Made by a program: the position numbers and the translations under genes
Shown here: piece after piece, positions 1 through 9,508 of the stretch
Layout: each line of letters begins with the position of its first letter
Position numbering within the stretch: the stretch's first letter is position 1
The notes under the pieces: generated by a model
Told to the model about the DNA's origin: nothing
Databases searched by the model: none
What the model saw: only the letters and a program-made list of their open reading frames with translations
Source: a virus
Lineage: Duplodnaviria; Caudoviricetes
DNA length: 64,000 nucleotides
Reading direction: 5' to 3' (one strand)
Virus record (IMG/VR): IMGVR_UViG_3300028887_000067
Location: 160,001 to 224,000 of that record

Positions 1-515
1 TCGTCCAAATACAGCAAGTTCGGCGAGAAACCACGAATGCCGTCAGGAGAACTGGCAGCCACGAGGATACGAGTATTGTTCGAAAACTGAATACTCATTT
101 TGTTCCATAACTTTACGCCGGGTTGTAACCAGTATGGCAAGGCTACATAGGAATCGCGCAGAAGTTGCAGCTGTTCCTTCGCGAGCGAAAGTTTGTTTGC
201 GAGCATGGCGACAAGCTGATCCTTATGGAACATCGCGTGCCACAGAATGAATCCTCGAACGATTGTTGATTTACCGACCTGTCGTGACCAGCGGTTGATA
301 TTGAATCGATACTTCAAGAATCGCTTGATGGCTGCATCCTGGAACGGCCACGTCTTGAACAGCTGCATTCCATCGTCCTTCGTGTTGATGTACATGTAGG
401 TATTGATGAAGTACAGCGGGTCCTGTGCGCACCGCTTTATCTCGGCAAGTTGCCATGGCTTGAGCTTGACGCTTTCCTTGGCGTCTCTCAGGTTGGTTAT
501 GCCGTTGAATGACAT
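1..515 (-). CDS. terL: Terminase large subunit, T4 gp17-like (N-terminal part; runs off the window edge)
   Basis: Manual translation of the minus strand from ATG at 515 gives MSFNGITNLRDAKE...KRCAQDPLYF...WSRQVGKSTIV (Walker A)...LPYWLQPGVKLWNKMSIQFSNNTRI...GIRGFSPNLLYLD(E) (Walker B). Absent from the ORF track because it is open-ended. Confidence 0.92.
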   Translation of the reverse strand, partial: MSFNGITNLRDAKESVKLKPWQLAEIKRCAQDPLYFINTYMYINTKDDGMQLFKTWPFQDAAIKRFLKYRFNINRWSRQVGKSTIVRGFILWHAMFHKDQLVAMLANKLSLAKEQLQLLRDSYVALPYWLQPGVKLWNKMSIQFSNNTRILVAASSPDGIRGFSPNLLYLD

Positions 516-548
516 TCAAATCTCTTTTAACTATAATTCCATCTAGCT

Positions 549-556
549 AGTTTATA
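549..556 (-). promoter_or_regulatory. Putative late promoter motif TATAAACT upstream of terminase
   Basis: The same 8-mer recurs upstream of structural genes; resembles the T4 late promoter TATAAATA. Confidence 0.6.
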
Positions 557-559
557 AGG

Positions 560-1654
560 TTGATGGTTATGGCCGATTTTTGCGTAGTTACGGCATTTTT
601 CGACAACAATAACCAGTTCCGCGAACGGAACTTACTGTCAGTTGTTGACTATTACGTGCATTATTTACCCGAGTGCGAAATTGTGATTGCGGAACAGTAT
701 CCGTCGGGTTTCGCCGAGAAGGTCGCTTCCTCCTATCCGGACCGAGTCAAATTGGTCGGGATGGACAGTATGCGGCACGATCCCGACCGCAAAGGGATTT
801 TCTGCAAGTCGGAGTTGCTCAACGAGGCCATCAGATCCAGCGACTGCGCATACTGCGTGATGGGCGATGCCGACGCGTTGCTTACCGAAAAATGTTTCGC
901 CTCGTTGAGAGAGGCCAAGTCGGCGCTGGACTCGGGCCGAGCCTCCATCGTCTATCCGTTCGACGACGTAATCTACATGAACGAGGCTGACACCAGACGC
1001 ATACTGGAAGAGAAGCCGATGCTTCCGGGAGAGAAGGACCACGGGGTCGACATATTCAGGCAGACCGGCCTATGCAACGTGTTCACTAGGGACGCGTGGG
1101 AACGGGTCGGTGGATTCGACGAGGACTTTGTCGGCTGGGGCGCGGAGGATGACGCCTTCCTCTGCAAGTGCAGGCGTATAGTCGGCCCGCCGCTCAGGCT
1201 CGACGGCACGATATACCATATGTTCCACCCGAAGGTGGATACGGAATCCTACAGGAAATCGGCCGGCTACATAGCCAACCGCAAGCGTTGCGCCTGCATA
1301 CGGCGCATGTCCGACGACGACCTGTCGAGATATTGCAGGGGGGAGGCCTCCCTGGAAAGCCTCGTGACGAAGTACGCGGGCGCCGACCGTCTCGAGGTCG
1401 AACTGAAGTGGCAATGTTCTCCGTCCCTCACCCTTGAAATCGACACTACCATCTACGACGTCGACCGGTCCGGCGAAATGAGTTTCACCAAGCTCCTTGA
1501 CGCCGTCGCAGCCGAGGACGGCAGGGAAAACGTTCCGAAATGGGTAAGGGAGTACATAGGGATAGTGCCCGGCGAATCGGGGCCGTTCCTTGACGGCTTG
1601 CTTCCGGAACAGGTCAGGGAAATCGAGGAGTACGTCAGCCGATGCAGTTCGTAA
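560..1654 (+). CDS. Glycosyltransferase (GT-A fold, GT2/GT7-like)
   Basis: DAD (DxD) motif and GGFDEDFVGWGAEDD signature of the galactosyltransferase C-terminal domain. Confidence 0.85.
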   Translation: MMVMADFCVVTAFFDNNNQFRERNLLSVVDYYVHYLPECEIVIAEQYPSGFAEKVASSYPDRVKLVGMDSMRHDPDRKGIFCKSELLNEAIRSSDCAYCVMGDADALLTEKCFASLREAKSALDSGRASIVYPFDDVIYMNEADTRRILEEKPMLPGEKDHGVDIFRQTGLCNVFTRDAWERVGGFDEDFVGWGAEDDAFLCKCRRIVGPPLRLDGTIYHMFHPKVDTESYRKSAGYIANRKRCACIRRMSDDDLSRYCRGEASLESLVTKYAGADRLEVELKWQCSPSLTLEIDTTIYDVDRSGEMSFTKLLDAVAAEDGRENVPKWVREYIGIVPGESGPFLDGLLPEQVREIEEYVSRCSS

Positions 1655-2340
1655 AGGACATATCGACCGAGCCTGGGTACTCGAAGTTCAACCATTTGGC
1701 CGTCCAGGTGGCGATGGCGCGTCCTGACACGAGGTACGCGTGCCCCGAGAACCCGGCCGTCGCCGTATGGCAGCTCGGGGACGGGATGGCGGTTGTCGAC
1801 CGGCGTTTCGTGCGCCCGGTGGTCATCGTCCATGACTGGTACCCGCACTACGCGAAGTATCTGGATAAGGCAGGGAGGATAGTTTTCCTCGGCAATTTCG
1901 ACCATCCCGCATACCCGACCGCGAAGACGCTGGCCAGTTACCCGTTCGAGCCGGAACCGCGGATCCCGAGCGACGGTACCGAAGTGCTGGTCGAGGGGGT
2001 GTACGACGGGTCGTGCGAGGATTGGGTGCTCGGCGAGTGCGAGGGAAAACGGGTGAGGTTCGCGTGCTTTGGAAACGACGACCCCGATTGCGACGACGCG
2101 CAGGGTCGCCTGCTCGCCCGTATACGCGAGGTAGCCTCTTCAGTAGTGGAGAGCCGGAGGCCTAACGAACTGATGCTGTTGACCTACATGAGGTCGGCCG
2201 ACAGGGTTATCCACTGCGGGTCGGGAAGGAGGGGGTTCCTCCATTCTGCGGCGGTGTCCTACGGCGGACATTCCCAAACGCGTGACGACGGATTCACGGT
2301 TTCGACAATTTCGGACCTAGTGGCTTTACTACCGGCCTGA
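1642..2340 (+). CDS. Hypothetical protein, coupled to the glycosyltransferase
   Basis: 232-aa ORF overlapping the upstream stop; codon usage like its neighbours. Confidence 0.65.
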   Translation: MQFVKDISTEPGYSKFNHLAVQVAMARPDTRYACPENPAVAVWQLGDGMAVVDRRFVRPVVIVHDWYPHYAKYLDKAGRIVFLGNFDHPAYPTAKTLASYPFEPEPRIPSDGTEVLVEGVYDGSCEDWVLGECEGKRVRFACFGNDDPDCDDAQGRLLARIREVASSVVESRRPNELMLLTYMRSADRVIHCGSGRRGFLHSAAVSYGGHSQTRDDGFTVSTISDLVALLPA

Positions 2341-2380
2341 ATCTGCTATAATTCGTTCAAATTTTGAGGTGTATATCGAA

Positions 2381-2569
2381 ATGAATAAATTCCATTCTAA
2401 AGTGATTTTCTGGGGAAAATGTGTCCTTTTTGGCCTTTTCGCGTTCAACCTTGTCAGAGTCTGCATACGCACTTGGAAGTACGGCGGTGTCAAGACTAAC
2501 GTGCAGGTGAACTATGACGGGGACGATGATCTGAACCCGGTCGACAGCATGAACAACGGAGGGATGTAA
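2381..2569 (+). CDS. Small membrane protein, translationally coupled to an AAA ATPase
   Basis: MNKFHSKVIFWGKCVLFGLFAFNLVRVCIR... has one hydrophobic helix; TAATG overlap with the next start; TGCTATAAT extended -10 upstream. Confidence 0.6.
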   Translation: MNKFHSKVIFWGKCVLFGLFAFNLVRVCIRTWKYGGVKTNVQVNYDGDDDLNPVDSMNNGGM

Positions 2570-4218
2570 TGGCGGAAGGCGTAGAGACCGACATCTGGGT
2601 CGAGGGTGGCGAGAAGAAGGAATCGGGCATCGGCTCGAAGATTATCCGCAACCTCGGCGACATGCTCCTGCACATCAGTATCGACACCGATCTCTGGGTA
2701 GGCCGGAGCGCCAAGGAGAAACTTAACTACCTGAAGAACCAGGTCATAGGCGGGGCCAACGGGTCGAAGGTGATCGACGTCGGCGCACAACTTGCGGAAA
2801 GCTTGATACAAACGGTGAAGGCTTCCACGACTAACGCCGTGGTGCGCAAGTACGCGGACCTCGCGGAAACGGCGCTTAACCTCGGCAAGGCGAGCATGGT
2901 CATCAATAACCTTTTCGTCGCGCAGAAGTACGAGGTGCAGACTAGCTTTGACGAGCTCGCCAAGTTTATGGGCTACAAGAACGGCAAGTCCATCCACGTG
3001 AAGCAGATAAACGCGACGGCGGACATCTGCAGGTCGCTGATAGAGATGTCGGAGAAGATCCAGAACGAGTACGGGCTGAAGGTGGTGAAGGTGTTCACTC
3101 CGCGCACGGACACCCCGGCTAACGTCAACTCGAAGTTCGTGTGTACATATATGCAGGTTAAGTACAAGGGGTCGACTATCGGTCTCGAGATCAACTACAT
3201 GCAGAAGAAAACTGCCACGGACGCCACCACGAGCTCGGAGTTCAGCTACATCAATATCGGCATATCCAACAGCGAGCTCTACGCTTCTGATGTGGAGGAC
3301 GATGACGATTTGGACTACGACATACTCGGGGACATCGAGAACATAATCTATTCCGTGTATATCAAGACAATCGACATTTCGAGGCGCATCATCAAGATCG
3401 ACGGCTCCGCAATCCACACGGTGAAGCGCGAGAACATCAACTTCGATATCAAGAACATTGACATCGACACGATGGCGAAGACCTGCCGCTCGGTACTCAA
3501 CAATCACCGCCGTCGCGGCTACATCCTGCAGGGCGACCCAGGTACGGGAAAGACCGTGTCGATCCACAAGCTACTGATGCAGTTTACCGACGTACCCGTG
3601 TTCTGGATTTCTTCCGACGCCATCTGCGACACGAAGAAGATGAGGTCCGTCTTCAGGATCCTGAATATGTTCCCCGGAAGCATCTTCGTCTTTGACGACA
3701 TCGACGGAAACGACTTCAGCGTGAAGACGAACCTTACCACGACCTTCATCACCTGCATCGACGAGACCAATACTAAGAAGTTCAGCGGAATCATCATAAT
3801 GACGATTAACGAGCCGCAGAGGGTCCACCCGACCATTAAGACGAGGAACGGCCGCATCGACGAGGTTATCCATGTCCACAACCCGAACACCACGGAGCAG
3901 GTTCTGGATGTCATAACCCAGCGCTACAAGCACCTGGGTTCCGAGCGTCCGGACTGGATGAACGAGAAGAACGAGGAGTTCGTAGCCGGGATGGAGAAGA
4001 TTGTCCAGTCGAATTTCACCCATGCCCACATCGCCGGTATAGTCAGCGACCTCGTGGACTTGTACAGCGATGACGGGTACGGGTGCAAGGACTTCCTCTC
4101 CCTGATCGACCGGCGTATCGAGAGTATCGCCAACGCCTCGATGGTCGCTAACGAGTCGGGTCACATTTCCGCCCCGTCGACCTTCAATATGCAGGTATCG
4201 AATACCAATAATGGCTAA
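2569..4218 (+). CDS. AAA+ ATPase with uncharacterised N-terminal region
   Basis: Walker A GDPGTGKT, Walker B FVFDDID, sensor-1 IMTIN, arginine finger RNGRIDE. Confidence 0.85.
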   Translation: MAEGVETDIWVEGGEKKESGIGSKIIRNLGDMLLHISIDTDLWVGRSAKEKLNYLKNQVIGGANGSKVIDVGAQLAESLIQTVKASTTNAVVRKYADLAETALNLGKASMVINNLFVAQKYEVQTSFDELAKFMGYKNGKSIHVKQINATADICRSLIEMSEKIQNEYGLKVVKVFTPRTDTPANVNSKFVCTYMQVKYKGSTIGLEINYMQKKTATDATTSSEFSYINIGISNSELYASDVEDDDDLDYDILGDIENIIYSVYIKTIDISRRIIKIDGSAIHTVKRENINFDIKNIDIDTMAKTCRSVLNNHRRRGYILQGDPGTGKTVSIHKLLMQFTDVPVFWISSDAICDTKKMRSVFRILNMFPGSIFVFDDIDGNDFSVKTNLTTTFITCIDETNTKKFSGIIIMTINEPQRVHPTIKTRNGRIDEVIHVHNPNTTEQVLDVITQRYKHLGSERPDWMNEKNEEFVAGMEKIVQSNFTHAHIAGIVSDLVDLYSDDGYGCKDFLSLIDRRIESIANASMVANESGHISAPSTFNMQVSNTNNG

Positions 4219-4266
4219 AAACTACATATGGTGGTCGGGACGCTCCCGACCACCTATATGTTGTGG
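4219..4266 (+). promoter_or_regulatory. Tandem NrdR-box-like operators (32-bp spacing) overlapping a terminator-like hairpin (4230-4254)
   Basis: aaaCtAcATaTgGtgg (4219) and cacCtAtATgTtGtgg (4251) match the acaCwAtATaTwGtg consensus, directly upstream of nrdD. Confidence 0.65.
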
Positions 4267-4370
4267 TTTTGTAACAATTTCTGTACAGTTTATCAACACT
4301 CGCGGAGGCCCGCTCTGATAAACGTACCACTGCCGAATGAGGTAATTTAATATAAAACCGAGAGGAATTA

Positions 4371-6926
4371 ATGCTTACTCATGTCATCAAGCGCGACCGG
4401 AAACGACGCAGAAAATTCGAACCGAAGCATATTTACGACGCAATAGAAGCAGCATTCAAGGATTGTAAGGCCCCATATACCGATGACGCACTGGACTCGC
4501 TAGTCAGCGAGGTGGTCGACAAGATTTCGGCCAACGGAGCGAAATCCGTGTATGTTGAGGTCATCCAGGACACCATCGAAAACGTGCTCATGGACAACGG
4601 TTACAACGCCACCGCCAAGGCATACATCACCTACAGAAAGGAACGAGACCGCGAACGGGAACTCAAGAGCGAGATCAATACGACGGTGAGGGAAATCATC
4701 GACGCGGACCTCAAGACTAGCTCCCTCCTCCGTGACAACGGAAACGTCAACGGAGCTCTCGTCGCCTCCTCCATGGCGAAGGCCGGCGGCGAGACGATGA
4801 AGATGTACAACTTGCTCAATATGCGACCGGAACTGGCCAGGGCCCACAAGCAGGGCGACATCCACATCCATGACCTCGACTACTATTCCCTTACGGTCAA
4901 CTGTTTCTTCATCCCGCTCGCCAAGCTCCTCGCCGACGGGTTCGACACGGGTAACGGCTGGGTCCGTCCAGCGAACTCCATCGAGACCGCCTGCGCCATC
5001 GGCGCAATCGTCCTCCAGACTTCGCAGAACGCGTTCTTCGGCGGGCAGGCGTTCGCCAACTTCGACTTCGAATTGGCGCCGTACGTCGACCGAAGCTTCC
5101 AGAAGAACCTCAAGCGGGTTATCCGCAACGCTATCGTGACGGTCTCCGCTCTCGGAGCCGGCAACAAGGCCGACTACGACGCTCTTATGAAGATCCGCGA
5201 GAAGTACGACCTCCGTATTATCAAGGACGTGAACACGACCGACCTGAAGAAATTCGTTGAATCGTGGTCGGGCGAGCTTGACGACTACGACTGCGGCAGG
5301 GAACCGCTCCCGCCGCTCCCGTACGACGAGTTTGACCGCGAATACGTTTTGCCGCTCGGCGACGGGACGTCGTGGAAGGTTCCGAAGCAGTTGGTCGACG
5401 AGGCCGATACCGATACCGTAAGGAACACTTTCCAGGGACTCGAATCTTTCGTCCATAACGTCAACAGTCTTTTCTCCCGCTCCGGAAACCAGCTGCCGTT
5501 CAGTTCCGTCAACTTCGGCCTGGACACGTCGAGGAGCGGACGTCTTGTTTCGTTCGCGCTCCTCCACGCTACTGAGGAGGGCATCGGCAATGGCGCCACG
5601 GCCATATTCCCCATTTCAATCTGCAAGGAGATGGCTGGCTACACGATCAACGAGGGTGACCCGAACTACGACATCTGGGAGAAGTCCTGCGAGGTTCTCG
5701 CCAAGCGATTCTATCCCAACTTCGTCAATGTCGACGCCCCGTACAACAAGGTGTATGTGAAGTACGAGACGCAAACCGTGGACTACGACGATAAGAACGT
5801 AGTGGACAATCGTGGGCAGAAGCTCTACAGGGTCTCGCGAGGCGTGTTCTGGGAACTGGTCAGTGTCGATGGCGACAAGGCCAAGCTGCGCAAGCTCCGT
5901 CCTGAAACCACGATCGCCACCATGGGATGCCGTACCCGTTCCATCGGAAATGTCAATGGCGAATCCGTGACGACCGGAAAGGGCAACCTCTGGTTCACGA
6001 CCATCAACCTGCCGGCGATTGCCGTGCGTGCCTCTATGACGGACACCCCGATCGACTCGTTCTGGAATGAGCTCGACGAGAAGCTGGCAATGTGTCGTCA
6101 GTGCATGGAAGACCGCTTCAAGCAGATCAGGAACCGCACCTACGCGAACCTCTACTTCCCTATGAAGAATGGTCTCTATATGGGCTCCGACAAGAACGCG
6201 CCGGTCAGTACGACTATCGAGAAGGCTATCAAGAACGGCTCCAGCGCGATTGGCTACATCGGCATCTACGAGGTGTGCCTTACCCTGCTCGGCAAGGTGT
6301 TCGGCGTCGACGAGGAGGCCACCAAGTTCGGCTACTCCATCGTCAAGCACATTCGCGACTATACCGACGCCGTGCAGAAGGAAACCCACATGAACTGGAC
6401 AACCTTCGCCACGCCGGCGGAAAACGTGTGCGGGCGCTTCGCGCAGATCGACGCCAAGCGATTCGGTTCCAACAAGAAGTTGCACGTCCCGGCGGAAGAG
6501 CTGTGGGGCAAGGGTTACTACACCAATTCCCATATGATGCCGTTCGACGTGAAGACGACCCTTGACCACAAGCTCGAGGTCGAGGCCCCGTTCCACGCGC
6601 TTACCAATGGTGGCCACATCTTCTACTACAAGATTGATGGCGACCCTCGTCAGAACATCGAGGCGGTGAAGAAGGCCATCCGTGCGATGTACGACGCCGG
6701 AATCGGCTATGGCACCTTGTCCATGGACCAGGACACTTGCCGTGAGTGCGGCTATGTTGGCATCATCGGAAACGAGTGCCCGCACTGCCACACGAAGGAC
6801 AACGGCCACAACATCCTCCGTATCAGGCGAATCACCGGCTACCTTGTCGGCCGTTCATCCCAGTCCATCGAGGAGTCGTGGGGCGACGGCAAGCTCTGCG
6901 AGCTGAAGCGTCGGGTGAACATCTGA
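4371..6926 (+). CDS. nrdD: Anaerobic ribonucleoside-triphosphate reductase (class III RNR)
   Basis: N-terminal ATP cone (VIKRD...F), HIHDLDYY, TMGCRT, ATPAE, YYTNSH, CRECG/CPHC metal site, RRITGYL glycyl-radical loop. Confidence 0.97.
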   Translation: MLTHVIKRDRKRRRKFEPKHIYDAIEAAFKDCKAPYTDDALDSLVSEVVDKISANGAKSVYVEVIQDTIENVLMDNGYNATAKAYITYRKERDRERELKSEINTTVREIIDADLKTSSLLRDNGNVNGALVASSMAKAGGETMKMYNLLNMRPELARAHKQGDIHIHDLDYYSLTVNCFFIPLAKLLADGFDTGNGWVRPANSIETACAIGAIVLQTSQNAFFGGQAFANFDFELAPYVDRSFQKNLKRVIRNAIVTVSALGAGNKADYDALMKIREKYDLRIIKDVNTTDLKKFVESWSGELDDYDCGREPLPPLPYDEFDREYVLPLGDGTSWKVPKQLVDEADTDTVRNTFQGLESFVHNVNSLFSRSGNQLPFSSVNFGLDTSRSGRLVSFALLHATEEGIGNGATAIFPISICKEMAGYTINEGDPNYDIWEKSCEVLAKRFYPNFVNVDAPYNKVYVKYETQTVDYDDKNVVDNRGQKLYRVSRGVFWELVSVDGDKAKLRKLRPETTIATMGCRTRSIGNVNGESVTTGKGNLWFTTINLPAIAVRASMTDTPIDSFWNELDEKLAMCRQCMEDRFKQIRNRTYANLYFPMKNGLYMGSDKNAPVSTTIEKAIKNGSSAIGYIGIYEVCLTLLGKVFGVDEEATKFGYSIVKHIRDYTDAVQKETHMNWTTFATPAENVCGRFAQIDAKRFGSNKKLHVPAEELWGKGYYTNSHMMPFDVKTTLDHKLEVEAPFHALTNGGHIFYYKIDGDPRQNIEAVKKAIRAMYDAGIGYGTLSMDQDTCRECGYVGIIGNECPHCHTKDNGHNILRIRRITGYLVGRSSQSIEESWGDGKLCELKRRVNI

Positions 6927-7435
6927 TGCGCTACGGCAAGATAGAGTACGACAGCGTTGTCGACGGGGACGGGTTTCGCGTGTCCCTCTTCGTCAGCGGC
7001 TGTCGTAACCATTGTCCAGGATGCTTCAACAGGGAAACCTGGGATTTCTCGTATGGTGACGAGTTCACCCAGGTGGAAGAGAACGAGGTCATTGAGGCCT
7101 GCAAAAGGTCTCACGTCAGCGGTCTCACGGTACTCGGGGGCGAGCCGTTCGAGCCGGAGAACCAGACGGCCCTGCTCGACTTTCTTGCCCGCTTCAAGAA
7201 GGAATGCCCGGACAGGACGCTGTGGATGTTCACTGGATACGTCCTCGACAGGGATTTGCTGGAAGGCCAGCGCAAGTACGTGGATGGCGTGACTTACCCG
7301 ATTTTGAGACTCGTCGACGTGCTCGTTGACGGGCCTTTTATTCAGGAGCAGAGGGATGTGACGCTCCGTTTCCGGGGAAGTGCGAATCAGCGTATCCTGA
7401 CTGCCGACCAGATATTGTCGAGCCTGTCCCGTTAA
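6926..7435 (+). CDS. nrdG: Anaerobic RNR activating protein (radical SAM)
   Basis: Starts at ATG 6926 (TGATG overlap); DGDGFRVSLFVSGCRNHCPGCFN, LGGEP, VDGPF, FRGSANQR. Confidence 0.95.
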   Translation: MRYGKIEYDSVVDGDGFRVSLFVSGCRNHCPGCFNRETWDFSYGDEFTQVEENEVIEACKRSHVSGLTVLGGEPFEPENQTALLDFLARFKKECPDRTLWMFTGYVLDRDLLEGQRKYVDGVTYPILRLVDVLVDGPFIQEQRDVTLRFRGSANQRILTADQILSSLSR

Positions 7436-7481
7436 AATACGATCGTTTCTTTATTTTTGCATAAAATCTTTAATCTTGCTA

Positions 7482-7510
7482 TTGACAATCGTGTCCTCTT
7501 TACTTATATT
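7482..7510 (+). promoter_or_regulatory. Sigma70-type promoter
   Basis: TTGACA-17 nt-TATATT with an AT-rich upstream region. Confidence 0.8.
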
Positions 7511-7544
7511 AAGTGTACAAACACCTAACAAAGAGGACACAACT

Positions 7545-8030
7545 ATGGAAAAAGTTTCTCGTAAGAGATGGAACTCCACCGAAATCAAGCTTGCTCTCGC
7601 TGGAAAGCCGGTTCCCGGCCGTACGCGTAGCGCTATCAACACCTTGCGCAGCAAGTTCGGAAAGCGTACCAAGAACCCGTGGACGGATGACGAGATCAAG
7701 CTCGTTATGGCCGGTGGGTTCCCTAAGGGACGCACTGCCAGCGCCGTCTACCAAGCCCGTCACAAGCTGAAGGTTCCCGTCGCGCTTGACCGTCGCATCG
7801 ACCCCAAGCATCCGAACCAGCTCGAGCTTGACCTTCCCGCAGTGCGCAGGAACGCACCGCAACATCACTACGAGTCCGTGGCGAAGCTTCTCAAGCCTAT
7901 CTATACCATGTTTAACGCCGGTATGAATGTCGATGAAATCGCCAAGGAAATCGGACAAAGCAAGGAATTCGTCTCCCGCGCAATCGACCTGAAGAAGGAG
8001 TTTGCGCAGAACGGCAAGCCCGAAAAGTAA
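7545..8030 (+). CDS. Putative DNA-binding protein with two Myb/SANT-like repeats and a C-terminal HTH
   Basis: Repeats WNSTEIKL...GRTRSAI and WTDDEIKL...GRTASAV; C-terminal GMNVDEIAKEIGQSKEFVSR; SD AGAGGA before ATG 7545. Confidence 0.6.
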   Translation: MEKVSRKRWNSTEIKLALAGKPVPGRTRSAINTLRSKFGKRTKNPWTDDEIKLVMAGGFPKGRTASAVYQARHKLKVPVALDRRIDPKHPNQLELDLPAVRRNAPQHHYESVAKLLKPIYTMFNAGMNVDEIAKEIGQSKEFVSRAIDLKKEFAQNGKPEK

Positions 8031-8054
8031 GAAGTCTCATTCGCGCAAAAACGG

Positions 8055-8086
8055 GAAAGGCGGCCGAAAGGTCGCCTTTCTTTTTT
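8055..8086 (+). terminator. Rho-independent terminator
   Basis: GAAAGGCGGCC-GAAA-GGTCGCCTTTC followed by a T tract. Confidence 0.8.
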
Positions 8087-8120
8087 GTTTGGTTATGTCT
8101 ATTCAGCGCGTGTTGTTCAC

Positions 8121-9508
8121 AAAAGAGTGGGCAGGAAGATGCCACCCTTTAGGGTGGCGTAGGAATGCCCACGAGAACAGTTTGGGAACACTTTTAAGGT
8201 TTCATGATGAGAAATGAGTACAATATAGTTGCATCTGCCACAAGAATTTTATAAACTTTAATGTGAACACGGGTGAAAGTATGTGTACGATAACTTATAA
8301 TGCAGAACTCCGCTTCAAGGATAGAGCAGACCAAGAATACTGGTCTAGTCTTCTTGAAGTGGCCAGACTTGCGTATAATGAATGTGCCAACATACTTGAT
8401 TCCAACAAGATACACTTGGACTTGAAGTCCGTACACAATGCAGTGTACTATATCTTGAGAGAAGATTTCCCAACAATACCGTCTCAAGGCATCATCAAGA
8501 TATACAAGGAGTGCATATCGGCATTCCGTTCAATCAACTCCAATGGACATATAGAACACAAGATTCCAACCAAGAAGAACCTGTCTATGCGGTTGGACAA
8601 GCGGCTCTACTCCAAAATGAGTATTGATGGAATATCGCTCTGCTCGGAGAAATCCAACCGACGGGCGGTTGCCGAAATCGTTAAGTTTCCTAAATTGATT
8701 GAGTTGTTCAAGAAATATCCGACGCAAGACCCTCTTATCTTCAAACGAGATGACAAGTTTTATCTGTCCATTCCGTTTGATGCACCGGAAATTCCTGTCC
8801 AGAACGACAACTGCATAGGCGTGGACTTGGGTGAGCGTAGGTTTGCGATTACATCGGATGGCATCATGCTCAACGACAGGGAATATAATGCCCGTAGACG
8901 CAAACTCCGCTACTTGAAGCGTTGCTTGCAGAAGAAGGGAACTAAGTCCGCTAGACGGCATAAGGGCAAGTTATCCATCAAGGAGATGAACCAGTCCACG
9001 GATATGTGCTACAAGGTAGCAAACGCAATCATCGACAGCACAACGGATAGTTTCATCATCATCGAAGATTTGAGCAATATCAAGAAGAATACTTCCAAGT
9101 CCAAGGAAGGATTCAAAAAGAAAAATCATAACCGTAGAATAGGGCAAGTTCCATTCTACAAGTTCAAGCAAATCTTGTCATACAAGGCACTACTCCACGG
9201 AAAGCGGGTAGAAACAGTTTCTCCGTTTATGACAAGCCAGACCGACTGCACCACGGGCAAAAAGGACGGCATCCGCAAGAACCGAAGATTCTATTGCAAG
9301 AACGGAATTGTATTGGATGCCGACTGGAACGGTGCAGTCAATATCGCTCAAAAGAGCAAACATCCCTTCTCGTTCAAGATGCCCCTAGACGGTACTCTGA
9401 AAACTTGGAGGGCAGGGTGTAAGTCAACCACCCAATCGTACATCAGTCTCCCTGCGGAAACAATGGGAGCCGTACAAGCTCACGCCCTTTAGGGCGTGGG
9501 TAGTTGAC
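8121..9508 (+). mobile_element. IS200/IS605-family TnpB-only element (IS1341-like), copy 1
   Basis: Left-end hairpin GCCACCCTTTAGGGTGGC preceded by TTCAC; right end CAAGCTCACGCCCTTTAGGGCGTGGGTAGTTGAC; both ends shared with the element at 48762-50247; no tnpA. Confidence 0.85.
8281..9492 (+). CDS. tnpB: RNA-guided endonuclease TnpB
   Basis: RuvC motifs GVDLG, IIEDL, DADWNGAVNI. Start 8281 chosen by N-terminal alignment with the second TnpB (ORF track start is 8263). Confidence 0.92.
   Translation: MCTITYNAELRFKDRADQEYWSSLLEVARLAYNECANILDSNKIHLDLKSVHNAVYYILREDFPTIPSQGIIKIYKECISAFRSINSNGHIEHKIPTKKNLSMRLDKRLYSKMSIDGISLCSEKSNRRAVAEIVKFPKLIELFKKYPTQDPLIFKRDDKFYLSIPFDAPEIPVQNDNCIGVDLGERRFAITSDGIMLNDREYNARRRKLRYLKRCLQKKGTKSARRHKGKLSIKEMNQSTDMCYKVANAIIDSTTDSFIIIEDLSNIKKNTSKSKEGFKKKNHNRRIGQVPFYKFKQILSYKALLHGKRVETVSPFMTSQTDCTTGKKDGIRKNRRFYCKNGIVLDADWNGAVNIAQKSKHPFSFKMPLDGTLKTWRAGCKSTTQSYISLPAETMGAVQAHAL

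Noticed and set aside
5750-5920. Insertion before the TMGC active-site loop of NrdD, considered as an intein or intron
   Set aside because: Only about 45 aa, with no intein terminal residues (C/S...HN) and an unbroken frame.
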